Of a stretch of DNA of 64,000 bases, positions 24,209-35,880 are shown piece after piece. This DNA is from Octopus vulgaris (taxonomy: Eukaryota). The stretch is from positions 202,244,001-202,308,000 of the forward strand of contig OX597814.1 of the NCBI GenBank assembly GCA_951406725.2. Direction: 5' to 3'. The stretch's first letter is position 1, and each line of letters starts with the position of its first letter. The notes below the pieces were generated by a model that saw only the letters and a list, made by a program, of their open reading frames with translations, was not told the origin of the DNA and did no database searches. The translations under genes were made by a program, and so were the position numbers.

Positions 24209-24500
24209 CGTGTGTGTTTGTGTGTATGTGTGTGTGTGTGTTTGTGTGTGTATATGTGTGTCTGTATGTGTGTTTGCGTGTGTGTATGTGTTTGTCCCCC
24301 CACCCCCACCATCACTTGACAACTGATGCTGGTATGTTTATGTCCCCGTAATTTAGCGGTTCAGCAAAAGAGACTGATAGAATAAGTACTAGGCTTACAA
24401 AGAATAAGTCCTGGAGTCGATTTGCTCAACTAAAGGCAGTGCTCCAGCATGGCCACAGTCAAATGACTGAAACAAGAAAAAGAGTAAAAAGAGTAAAGAG
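23995..24500 (+). mobile_element. SINE A, full length
   Basis: Head to tail match; expanded internal TG tract. Confidence 0.9.
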
Positions 24501-24545
24501 TATATATTTATATATATGTGTGTGTGAGTATGCTTGTGTGTGTGC

Positions 24546-24596
<51 letters not shown>

Positions 24597-24689
24597 AGTA
24601 TTTTCATATATAAATGTATATATGTATATACATCTATAAGTATATAAACATATGCATACTCGCATATACACAGATGCTTATGCACAGAG

Positions 24690-25190
24690 TACTTGAGAAA
24701 GTATGAGTTCCATTAATTTCATATTTAGTTTTTGATTGATTTTATTCAGTTTAACAATGTCTAAACATTCTATGCTGCATCGTAATTTTGTCAGTGAACA
24801 GGTCGCAGTCTCAAAGCGACGAAAATATTTTGGTAAATTAAATTTAAATGTTGAAGTGAATCTAACGGTTTTTGCATGTTTCTTAAATGGTTTATAAACA
24901 CCTTCCATGCTGCAATTGTTTTCGTTCCAGAACCCGATCACAGATTAGGTCACTTGCTATGCAAGTACATCTCTGTAATTCCAAAAGCTTGAACCAGGCT
25001 ACCAAAACTCTGAGGAAAGCCGTTACTTGTTGCTTGAGAAAAATAACAGCTAAGCAACAGCTTCATTTCATTAGAAATTGCATCTCACTGAAGGTTTACC
25101 CAAAAAGGATTTACAAAACGGTCGAAGCACTAAACCTAAAGAAAGGACAAGTGTCGAGACTAATGTCTAAATATTATTTGATATAATTAA
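24690..25190 (+). mobile_element. Penelope-like element remnant (family P2): hammerhead-bearing terminal region plus possible ORF N-terminus
   Basis: Hammerhead motif 24783-24840; 24772-24992 homologous to 27635-27842; downstream QQLHFIRNCISLKVYPK resembles the hLxFLxxCxxxxhxPK motif near the start of PLE ORFs. Confidence 0.6.
24783..24840 (+). ncRNA. Hammerhead ribozyme motif with swapped G3-C8 core (copy 1)
   Basis: TTTGTCA GTGAACA G GTCGC agtctcaaa GCGAC GAAA ATAT TT TGGTAAA. Confidence 0.65.
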
Positions 25191-25281
25191 TGTTTAAACA
25201 TTAATTAGCTGCCACATAAATTAGTGCATAAATTATACATACTTAATTACATGTATAGATAAATACAATTTACTCATTTAT

Positions 25282-25493
25282 TTACTCTTTGCTCTTTTAC
25301 TTGTTTCAGTCACTTGACTGCAGCCATGCTGGAGCACCGCCTTTAGTCGAGCTAATCGACCCTGGGACTTATTCTTTGTAAGCCCAGTACTTATTCTATC
25401 GGTCTCTTTTTGCCGAACCGCTAAATGACAGGGACGTAAACACACCAGCATCGGCTGTCATGCAATGCTAGGGGAACAAACACAGACACACAA

Positions 25494-25548
<55 letters not shown>

Positions 25549-25710
25549 TACGACGGGCTTCTTTCAGTTTCCGTGTACCAAATCCACTCACAAGGCATTG
25601 GTCGGCCTGGGGCTATAGCAGAAGAAACTTGCCCAAGGGGCCACGCAGTGGGACTGAACCCGGAACCATGTGGTTGGTTAGCAAGCTACTTACCACACAG
25701 CCACTCCACG
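25282..25710 (-). mobile_element. SINE A, full length
   Basis: Reverse complement of family consensus. Confidence 0.9.
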
Positions 25711-26408
25711 CCTCATTTATTTATTATTATTTTTTTTTTTTTTTATCAGTTAGCAAGCAAAGAACAATAACCATGAAACTTTTTAGTTCAGGTTCTCCAA
25801 GACTGGTGGGTGCAATGGAAGAAATCTACTGTTCTCCTGAACATGATCCAAATTCTTGCAGTGATGTCAACCCAATGAAGACAACGGCTTAAGAAGTTCT
25901 CTGCTCTAAGATCAAACTCAAAACACACTTAAAAACTCCCATGATGCATTAGTGACTTAACCACCTTGCTACAACTACTGGAAACATTTCAATAAGTCAG
26001 CTGGTTCTTGTTTTCTCAAAGAGTTTATCTGCATTCACTTCCATTATCTTTTACTGGGTTTTGATGCTCAAATGAGGGCCATGCACGACCTCTTTCTCTG
26101 GAGTTTATTTTATCAATCTCCTAAGGGCTGAAAGACTCCATTACTTTGTCACAAAGGGAGATAACTGGTTTGTGGTTGAGTTACTCCTTACTTGTGTACT
26201 TTTTGTTTGACATTATTTCATTCAACTCACATTGATGTATGAACACACATACACACATACACACACACATATATATACATACATATATATATACATATAT
26301 ATATATACATGTATATATACATATACATATACATGTATATATATATACATACATATATGCATATATATATATATATACATATATATATGCATATATATAA
26401 TATATATA

Positions 26409-26452
<44 letters not shown>

Positions 26453-26471
26453 TATATAAACATATACGTAT

Positions 26472-26880
26472 AGGCATAGGAGTGGCTGTGTAGTAAGTAG
26501 CTTGTCTACCAACAACATAGTTCCGAGTTCAGTCCCACTGCGTGGCACCTTGGGCAAGTGTCTTCTACTATAGCCTCGGGCTGACCAAAGCCTTGTGAGT
26601 GGATTTGGTAGACGGAAACTGAAAGAAGCCCGTCATATATATGTATATATATATGTATATGTGTGTGTGCATGTATGTTTGTGTTTGTCCCCCTAGCATT
26701 GCTTGACAACTGATGCTGGTGTGTTTATGTCCCCATCACTTAGCGGTTCGGCAAAAGAAACCGATAGAATAAGTACTGGGCTTACAAAGAATAAGTCCCA
26801 GGGTCGAGTTGCTCGATTAAAGGCGGTGCTCCAGCATGGCCGCAGTCAATTGACTGAAACAAGTAAAAGAGTAAAAGAGT
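26472..26880 (+). mobile_element. SINE A, full length
   Basis: Head to tail match. Confidence 0.9.
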
Positions 26881-26894
26881 ATATATATATATAC

Positions 26895-26929
<35 letters not shown>

Positions 26930-27605
26930 TATACATATATATATACATACATATATATATACATACATACATATATCTATATATATAGATGCATATATAC
27001 ATATATCTATATATGCATGCATATATATATATACAAAGCAAATAAGTAACTAGGATGTCCAGGCATCAGTGCATTACAGCCATTTGAACTGGCTCCATTT
27101 CAATCAATGAATCAATGAAAGCATTACATCAGTTGGAAATAAGCCCCTCTCCTCCGACACATAGGATCTTATAGATTCTCAACATTACAGGATGCACCTT
27201 TGTAATTTTTCTAGCAAATTTTTCATCAGTTCTAGAGACCAAAATGATTACAATGCTTCTCTTTGCCATTTCTGTGGCAGAAGGAATTTAGGGAAAAAAT
27301 ACTTAAAGCCTTCTATAATTTAGAGTGAGAGAAGAAGATAATGGGGGTCAAGAAAGAGGAATGGTGATATAGCTTCATTCATCTTTATATTTCTCAAATT
27401 CAAAAGACTCAGTGCAGCATGTTGTCTACAAGTCTTTAGAATTAAATCCTTTGGGAATTGACAGTTAAGTTCTTGTTGGTGGTGATAAATTAATTAATGT
27501 CAGAGAGTCTCCCCTGTCTCAGGTTTTACTGGAACCATAAAACTAACCATATCTGCATAAAAGAATATGTCTCCAAAGTTGCCAGTAAGATAATGATATA
27601 TATAT

Positions 27606-27841
27606 ACAATTGCAGCGTGGAAGGTGTTTATAAGATGCAGCACGGACTTTGTCAGTGAACAGGTCGCGGATTTTAGCGACGAAAATATTTTGACAAATTA
27701 AACTTAAATGTTGGAGTGAATCGAACGGCTTTTGTGTGTTTCTTAAATGGCTTATAAACACCTTCCACGCTGCAATTGTTTTCGTTTCAGCACACGATCT
27801 CAGATCAAATTACTTGCTATGCGAGTACATCTCCGTAATTC

Positions 27842-27843
<2 letters not shown>
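27606..27843 (+). mobile_element. PLE-like family P2 short copy with inverted 5' segment, inserted in (TA)n
   Basis: 27606-27634 (ACAATTGCAGCGTGGAAGGTGTTTATAAG) is the reverse complement of 27751-27779; (TA)n both sides. Confidence 0.75.
27648..27697 (+). ncRNA. Hammerhead ribozyme motif with swapped G3-C8 core (copy 2)
   Basis: TTTGTCA GTGAACA G GTCGC ggatttta GCGAC GAAA ATAT TT TGACAAA; perfect 7-bp stem I, 5-bp stem II, palindromic AATATT stem III. Confidence 0.72.
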
Positions 27844-27919
<76 letters not shown>

Positions 27920-28290
27920 AGAGGAAGAAAGAGGAGGAGAAGAAGAAGAAGAAGAAGAAGAAGAAGAAGAAGAAGAAGAAAAAGAAAAAGAAGAAGAAGA
28001 AGAAGAAGAAGAAGAAGAAAAAGAAGAAGAAGAAGAAGAAGAAGAAGAAGAAGAAGAAGAAGAAGAAGAAGAAGAAGAAGAAGAAGAAGAAGAAGAAGAA
28101 GAAGAAGAAGAAGAAGAAGAAGAAGAAGAAGAAGAAGAAGAAGAAGATGAAGGAGGAGGAGAAGAAGAAGAAGAAGAAGAAGAAGAAGAAGAAGAAGAAG
28201 AAGAAGAAGAAGAAGAAGAAGAAGAAGAAGAAGAAGAAGAAAGAAAGAAAGAAGAAGAAGAAAAAGAAGAAGAAGAAGAAGAAGAAGAAA
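27844..28290. repeat. (TA)n-(GA)n-(AAG)n compound microsatellite
   Basis: About 370 bp of nearly pure AAG repeats. Confidence 0.97.
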
Positions 28291-28699
28291 TTGATAACCA
28301 GAAAGAGGAAGGACATGGGTGACTTAACATATTTTGATTATCAAATAGAAGGGGCCTAAAATGGAAAAATTCATTCCGCCACAAAAATCGCAAAGAGAAG
28401 CAATGTAATTATCTTAGTCTCTTGTATTGAGGAAGAATTTGCTGAAAAAAAACAAAATAGTGGTGTATCCTTTATGTTGGAAATCTTTATGGTCATCTGC
28501 ACCTGAGGAGCCTGGTTTATTTCAACTTGATGCAATGTTTTCATTGATTGATTAAATGGAGCTGCTTGAAACGGTCATAATGCACTGGACATCCTTGTTA
28601 TTTATTTGCTTTTAATTCACCTAACTTTGAGCAGTGTGGACAAATCCGGACTGATTTGGTGCCTCAACTTAAGTACCTAGTTTATCTGAATCATAATTA

Positions 28700-28995
28700 A
28701 AACTCCAATCTGATCTGGCAGAGTTTCTACAGCTTGATGCCCTTCCTAACACCAACCACTCCGAGAATGTAGTGGGTGCTTTTTACATGCAACCGGTATG
28801 AAAGCCTGTCAGGTGGTACTGGCAATGGCCATGCTCAAGTGGTGTTCTTTTTAAGTGCCACCTGCACAGGAGTCAGTCCAGTGGCACTGGAAATGACCTT
28901 GTTTGAATGTTTTTCCCATGCCACCGGCACAAGTGCCAGTAAGGCAACGCTGGTAACAATCACCTTTGAACGGTGCTTTTTACATGCCACTGGAA
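28700..28995 (-). mobile_element. RTE 3'UTR (family D) fragment
   Basis: CTCCAATCTGATCTGGCAGAGTTTCTACAGC and degenerate 62-bp units. Confidence 0.75.
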
Positions 28996-28997
28996 CG

Positions 28998-29200
28998 TTT
29001 GTCCCCCCACCATCACATGACAACCGGTGTTGGTGTGTTTACATCCCTATAACTTAGCAGTTCGGCAAAAGAGATTGGCAGAATAAGTACCTGGCTTACG
29101 AAGAATAAGTCTTGGAGTCGATTCCTCCAACTAAAGGCGGTGCTCCAGCATGGCCACAGCCAAATGACTGAAACATGCAAAAGAATAGAAGAATAAAAGA
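28998..29200 (+). mobile_element. SINE A 3' half
   Basis: TTTGTCCCCC...GGCGGTGCTCCAGCATGGCC...AAAAGAAT. Confidence 0.85.
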
Positions 29201-29659
29201 ATATATAGTGATTGATTCAGTTTATTGAACTGAATGATATTTCAACAGATTGTCTTTCTTCCTTGGGATCAAACTAAAGAATAAAAAAAAAAGGAAAACC
29301 CCACAGAAATACAGAAATCCCGAATATGCAAATCATTTGTGTTTCTTTTTTGGATAAAATGATGTCATCAGTGTTTGATTTTTTTTTTTTATAACTGGTA
29401 ACAAGAAAAAAGAGACACGGAAAGAGAAAAGAGCAAGAAAGAGAAGACTCAGTCAAAAAAATTTTGTGTAAATATGATGGAATTTGCATGTCATTTTGTT
29501 CATTCCTCCAGGGCATGATGCTATCGACTCACAAGTATGTTAATCCTCGTTTTGAGGACTTAAAGTGCTGCAGAGTTGGAGATTGGGTACTTTCGGGCAT
29601 TCCTGAAAATTACAGCCATTTCATGTAGAACGGTCAGCAAGTTCTGTTGAATCATTGTT

Positions 29660-29830
29660 ATTGTACATTATTTACATTATTTATATTATTTACATTTGAC
29701 GGATATTCGTCCTCATCTTGTTTGTTGTTAACACAACGTTTCAGCTGATATACCTTCCAGCCTTCGTCAGGTGTATTGGGGAAATTTCGAACCTGGGTTC
29801 TCATTCCTCATTTCTTAAATATAGAACTGC
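29660..29830 (-). mobile_element. Family P1 copy (one arm + terminal extension) with near-canonical hammerhead at 29731-29774
   Basis: Minus strand ACAC CTGACGA A GGCTG gaaggtatat CAGCT GAAA CG TT GTGT. Confidence 0.78.
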
Positions 29831-29871
29831 ATTGTTATTGTGCCTGATTTCATACCTATACCCATTGAATT

Positions 29872-29903
<32 letters not shown>

Positions 29904-29924
29904 TATCATTATTTTCTTTTATCA

Positions 29925-30221
29925 TAGGGTTTGTTGGAGTTCCTGCAGTCTTGCATGTGTAGTGGGTTTTCTACCTGCAGCCTACGGTACCATGCTATCC
30001 ATTCTTTTCAGCTATCTTGTTCTTTCCTGATTATTCTGGTCATGCCAAGGAGGCAAACCTTTTGTAACAGTTCTACTGGGAACTCTATTCCGATTTCCTT
30101 TATATTCCTCTTGATGCCTTCTGATACTGTCCCCAAGGACCCAACAATAATTGGCACTATCTTCACCTTCTTCATTTTCCATAGCTGGGCTATTTCACAC
30201 TTAAGAGGGTCGTCTCTATCA
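29925..30221 (-). pseudogene. R4/Dong-like LINE C-terminal fragment
   Basis: LKCEIAQLWKMKKVKIVPIIVGSLGTVS...LLQKVCLLGMTRIIRK; adjacent to (TAT)n. Confidence 0.8.
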
Positions 30222-30260
30222 AATTATTATTATTATTATTACTATCATCATCATTATTAT

Positions 30261-30777
30261 AAAGGCAGTGAGCTGGCAGAAACGTAAGCACGCTGGGCAA
30301 AATGCTTAGCAGTATTTCATCTGTCTTTATATTCTGAGTTCAAATTCTGCCGAGGTCCACTTTGCCTTTCATCCTTTCAGGGTCAATAAATTAAGTACCA
30401 GTTGCATACTGGGGTCGATCCAATTGAGTGAACCCCTCCCCAAATATTTCGGACCCCTTGTACCTAGAGTAGAAAAGATTATTATTATCACTATTATTAT
30501 TATCATTATTATTATTATTATTATCATCATCATAATCATTATCATCATCATTATTATAACGGCAGTGAGCTGGCAGAAATGTTAGCACGCTGGGTAAAAA
30601 GCTTAGCAGTATTTCATCTGTCTTTATGTTCTGAGTTCAAATGCCGCCGAGGTCGACTTTGCCTTTCAGCCTTTCGGGGTCGATCTAATCGACTGACCAC
30701 GTCCCACAAAATTTCCGGTCTTGTACCAAGAGTAGAAAAGATTATTATTATCATTATCATTATTACTATTATTTTTA

Positions 30778-30840
<63 letters not shown>
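30261..30840 (+). mobile_element. Two tandem SINE B (B2 tail) copies with (TAT)n tails
   Basis: GGCAGTGAGCTGGCAGAAA...CCTTGTACCTAGAGTAGAAAAGATTATT at 30261 and 30558. Confidence 0.85.
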
Positions 30841-30916
30841 TTTCTTCCAAAAAAAGAGGAAAAGTGTTTTAAAAGACACTTCCTCTAAAAACATCATTTT
30901 CTAAATGTTATTGTCT

Positions 30917-30950
<34 letters not shown>

Positions 30951-31368
30951 TACCGTGTACTGCTTTCATATCTCAGTCTTGTTTACAGCGAAAATAAAAC
31001 ATCTGTGTCTCTATAAAGTTTCTATATATATTGCAAATTGTAACTATTACAATTAAAATTAAAACATTCCATGCAACCAATTGAGAAGAATGGTAGACTA
31101 TTACTGCTATTATTTAATTAATCGCTTCCAAATGTCATTAATGTTGTAAATGTCTGTAAACTCATTTATGTATCACAATTAAAGAAATAAATATGTGTCT
31201 GCTCAGTAGAGTCTTCATCTCCATAGGAAGAAAAATTTAATTATCTTCTCATTCGTCTTTCGTGTTATTTTGTTTGTTTGCTTGTTGACTTTTTGGTTAA
31301 AAGACACTAATTCTTGACATTTAACATTGTTTTATATATTTAATTTAATTAACTTGTAAAAGTATTTT

Positions 31369-31431
<63 letters not shown>

Positions 31432-31434
<3 letters not shown>

Positions 31435-32069
31435 TCATCATTATCATCGTTTAATGTCCACTTTCCATGCTAGCATGGGTTGGATGATTTGACTGAGGAC
31501 TGGCGAACCAGATGGCTGCACCAGGCTCCAATCTGATCTAGCAGAGTTTCTACAGCTGGACGCCTTTCCAGTGTAGTGGGTGCTTTTACATGCCACCGGC
31601 ATGAGGGCCAGGCAGGCAGTACTGGCAACAGCCACACTCAAATGGTGTCTTTACATGTCAACTGCACAGGAGCCAGTCCAGCAGCACTGGCAACGACCTC
31701 ACTTTAATGTTTTTTCATGAGCCACTGGCAAAAATGCCAGTAAGGTGACGCTGGTAACAATCACGCTTGAATGCTGCTTTTTACATTTCACCAGCATGGA
31801 AGCCAGCTAGCTGCTCTGGCAACGATCATGCTTGGATGGTGCTGTTAGCACTCCGCTTGCACGGATGCCAGTCATTGAATTTAATTTCGATTTCACTCAA
31901 CAGGTTTTCGCAAGCAGAGTTTAGTGTCCAGTGAAGGAAAGGTATGCATAAGTGGGCTGGTCACACCCCTGGCTAGGCTACAAGGTTATGGTCTCACTTT
32001 GCTTGCCAGGTCTTCACAAGCACAGCATATTTCCAAAGGTCTTGGTCACTAGTCATTGCCTCGGTGAGG

Positions 32070-32072
<3 letters not shown>
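31432..32072 (-). mobile_element. RTE 3'UTR/tail (family D variant)
   Basis: (CAT)n tail, family D UTR, several degenerate tandem units. Confidence 0.8.
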
Positions 32073-32131
<59 letters not shown>

Positions 32132-32199
32132 CACATACATATACATATGTATATATGCATATGTTTATATATTATTTATATTATATATATATATATATA

Positions 32200-32447
32200 A
32201 AATTAATTAAGGGTAGAAATTGATATTTATCAATTAAGACCAGTGGTCTAGCATATTAAAAGAATCCGAAGATTAAAATATTTATATATACCAATTAAGG
32301 ACTGAACACGAAAAGTGGACAGTCAACAAGGTTTTCTGTTGAGTTTGATCTGAGAACATAATCCTTTGTGGTGAATGACGATTTGACGTCTATATCTAGC
32401 ATGTTGACTGTCCACTTTTCGTGTTCAGTCCTTAATTGGTATATATA
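32200..32447. mobile_element. Short fold-back element in (TA)n with perfect 38-bp inverted repeat
   Basis: 32291-32328 / 32402-32439 CCAATTAAGGACTGAACACGAAAAGTGGACAGTCAACA. Confidence 0.75.
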
Positions 32448-32699
32448 TATATATATATATAGAAATTATTAGAGAGTTACCACTATGTGGATAGCTCTAG
32501 TGCTAAAAATAGCTCCGTTAGTATAGCCACAGAAAAGATGTTTCCAAGTAGAAATAACATTACATTTAACGGAAGGAAAGTTTATAAATTTATTTATATA
32601 TATACATGCACATATACATATACATATATATATATAATCAACATAATCATCTAAACAATGATGATGATGATAATAATGATGTAAGTACGTGCGTGTTGG

Positions 32700-32925
32700 T
32701 GTGCATGTGTGTGTGTTTGTGTGTTTGTGTTTTTCCCCCGTTATCACTTGCCAACCAATATTGGTGTGTTTACATCCTCGTAACTTTGCTATTCCGCAAA
32801 AGAGACCGATCGAATAAGTATTAGGCTTACAAAGAATAAGTCCTGGGGTCAATTTGCTCGACTAAAGGCGGTGCTCCAGCATGGCTGCAGTCAAATGGCT
32901 GAAACCAATAAAAGAATAAAAGGAA
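32700..32925 (+). mobile_element. SINE A 3' half
   Basis: Body and tail match. Confidence 0.85.
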
Positions 32926-33842
32926 TATATGCATGAATGAATGAATGTATGTATGCATGTATGTATGTATGTATACGTCTGTGCGTGTGTGTGCACGTGT
33001 GCATGTGTGTGTTTGTCTCCTTTTCTTTACATTTTGCTCTAATTGTAAACTGACGTGAGTTTCATACAAATGATGTCATTTGTTTGCAATCTTTTGTGGA
33101 ATATATTTGGGCTTGAGGAATATAATATCTTGCTTAGAAACAGGAGAGGGTTGGCTAAAAGGAAGATCTTCCAGCCATAAACAAATTTGCTTCAAAGACT
33201 TTACTATGATGAAAGGATAGAAGAGAGGGAGAGAGAGAGAGAGAAGTAAGGAAGAATGACAAAGAAGGAGAGAAGAGAGAGAGAAAGAGATGTACAAGAA
33301 TGGTAATGACAAAATTGATGACCAAAATGATTGCGAGATATAGTAATTAGGTAATGAGGATTGATAATTGTCAGCCTTTTCCTCCTCCACCCGTGACTTT
33401 CCTCCCTCTTTACATAATTAGCCTGATCACTACCACCACCACCACCACCACCAACAGCAGCAGCAGCCAAGCATCCTTTATTTGAAGCATGATGTAGCTT
33501 TCTGAATGGAAAAACAAAAAAAACAAAAACTCTCCAAACCATGTTTAGAATTCCTAATGCAAAACGGCACAAATTTTGTAACCAAAATGAATTTATTAGT
33601 TTTATTTATTTCTAATTATTCAATGATTTATTGATTATTTCCTGGAAATATTTGGCTTTATTGATTTTCTTCATTTTTTTTCTATATATTTTGTTCCATT
33701 TTTTTTTGTTTCAACTATTACTGTCAGTAACTTCTGTTAATATTATCAGTCATTTCGGTTAATATTATAACTCATTTCCACAAGCCATAGTCTACAAATT
33801 TAAAATAGACCCTATTATAGCTTTTGTGCCAGTCAGTGATTT

Positions 33843-34013
33843 TATGTTCTGAGTTCAAATTCTGCAAAGGTCGACTTTGCCTTTCATCCTTTTGGGGTTG
33901 ACAAATTAAATACCAGCTGCGTACTAGGGTTCATCTAATCGATGGCCCACTCCCCCAAAATTTCAGGCCTTATGCCTAGAGTAGAAAACATTATTTTTAT
34001 TATTATTATTATT

Positions 34014-34105
<92 letters not shown>

Positions 34106-34125
34106 CAGCAGCAGCAGCAGTAATA
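33843..34125 (+). mobile_element. SINE B2 3' part followed by (TTA)(GCA)(GTA)n microsatellite
   Basis: GTTCTGAGTTCAAATTC...CCTAGAGTAGAAAA. Confidence 0.8.
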
Positions 34126-34127
34126 GT

Positions 34128-35030
34128 ACTGCCTGACTGGCACCCGTGCACGTAAAAAGCATAACGGTGGCATGTAAAATGCATAATTCAAGTATGGCTG
34201 TTGCCTGTGCCACCTGACTGGTTCCCGTGCCAGTGGCATGTAAAAAGCATCCACCACACTCTCAGAGTGGTTGGCATTAGGAAGGGCATCCAGCTGTAGA
34301 AACCCTGCCAGATTCAGATTGGAGCCTGGTACGGCCTTCTGGCTTGCCAGTCCTCACTCAAACCGTCCAACCCATGCTAGCATGGAAAGCGGACGTTGAA
34401 CGACAACAATGATGATGATGATGATGATGATGATTAAGGTGACTATCTGGCAGAACCGTTAGCAAGCAGGACAAAATGCTTAGTGGTATTTCTTCCAGCT
34501 TTATGTTCTGTGTTCAAATTCCACTGAGGTCAACTCTTCTTTTCATGCCATCAAGGGTTGATAAAATATATACTAGCCAAGTATAGGGGTTAATGAAATT
34601 GACTAGTCCCCTCCAGTCAAATTTCAGGCCTTGTGCCTATAGTCATCATCATCATCATCATCGTTTAAAGTCTGTTTTCCATGTTGACAGGGGTTGAATG
34701 GTTTGACTGGGGTCTGGGAAGCTATGAGGCTGCACCACGCCCCAATCTGATCTGGCAGTTTTTCTACAGCTGGATGCCCTTCCTAATGCCAACCACTCCG
34801 AGAGTGTAGTGGGTGCTTTTTACGTGCCACTGGTGCAGGGGCCAGAGAAGCTGGCATCGGTCACGATTGGATGGAGCTTTTTACGTGCCACCGGCACGGA
34901 AGCCAGTCAAAGCAGCACTGGTATCAGCCACGTTTGGATGGTGCTTTTTAAGTGCTACCAGCATGGGGGTCACAACTACAATTTCCATATTGCTGTTGAT
35001 GTTGATGTACTTGACTCAATAGGTCTCCTC
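34128..35030. mobile_element. Cluster: RTE tail (+), SINE B (+), RTE tail (-)
   Basis: D 34128-34435, B 34436-34642, D 34643-35030. Confidence 0.8.
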
Positions 35031-35069
35031 ATTCCCTACGATCCAAGGTACAAAAAATTATTATTATTA

Positions 35070-35187
35070 TTGAGTGAGAGAGCAGTTCATGCCATCAGTG
35101 ACACTGGGGTAGAATATACGAAGCCCAATATACCCATCATGACTACCCGTCTGATAAAGGTACACCAGGCACATGCATCACAACCAT
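35070..35187 (-). mobile_element. Family F, short truncated copy in (TTA)n
   Basis: TGAGTGAGAGAGCAGTTCATGCCATC...ACAACCATAT. Confidence 0.85.
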
Positions 35188-35388
35188 ATTATTATTATTA
35201 TTATTATTATTATCATTGAGATTTTCTTCTTTCAATTTCATTTACATTTCTTGCCTGGTGTCTCCCTGACACCTAGGACAAAGAAACTGTATACATTGCT
35301 GGGCCATTAAAATAAATATGCAAGATTATTCATTTACACAGTCAAATATAGTTATGTAGAAAAAGAGAAATTATTTTCATAAAAAGTA

Positions 35389-35548
35389 GGCGCAGGAGTG
35401 GCTGTGTGATAAGTAGATTGCTAACCAGCCACATGGTTCCAGGTTCAGTCCCACTGTGTGGCACATTGGGCAAGTGTTTTCTACTATAGCCTCGAGCTGA
35501 TCAAAGCCTTGTGAGTGGATTTGGTAAATGGAAACTGAGAGAAGCCCA

Positions 35549-35595
<47 letters not shown>

Positions 35596-35609
35596 TATAC
35601 ATATGTCCA

Positions 35610-35649
<40 letters not shown>

Positions 35650-35845
35650 TACATATGTACATCTATATATATATATATATATATACACATATATACATAT
35701 GTACATCTATATATATATATATATATGCATGTGTGTGTATATGTTTGTGTATGTGTCTCCCTAACATTGCTTGACAACCAATGCTGGTGTGTTTACATCC
35801 CCGTAACTAAGTGGTTCAGCAATAGAGACTGATAGAATAAGTAAG
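35389..35845 (+). mobile_element. SINE A lacking tail
   Basis: Head, core, expanded microsatellite, body. Confidence 0.85.
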
Positions 35846-35880
35846 CGAGCAAGACATATAAAAAGATACAATATATATAT

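Noticed and set aside
25770-26180. Possible decayed coding sequence (also 27150-27560, 56540-57560)
   Set aside because: No diagnostic motifs found by eye in any frame
27736-28393. Poly-Lys / poly-Ser / poly-Phe ORFs
   Set aside because: (AAG)n tract
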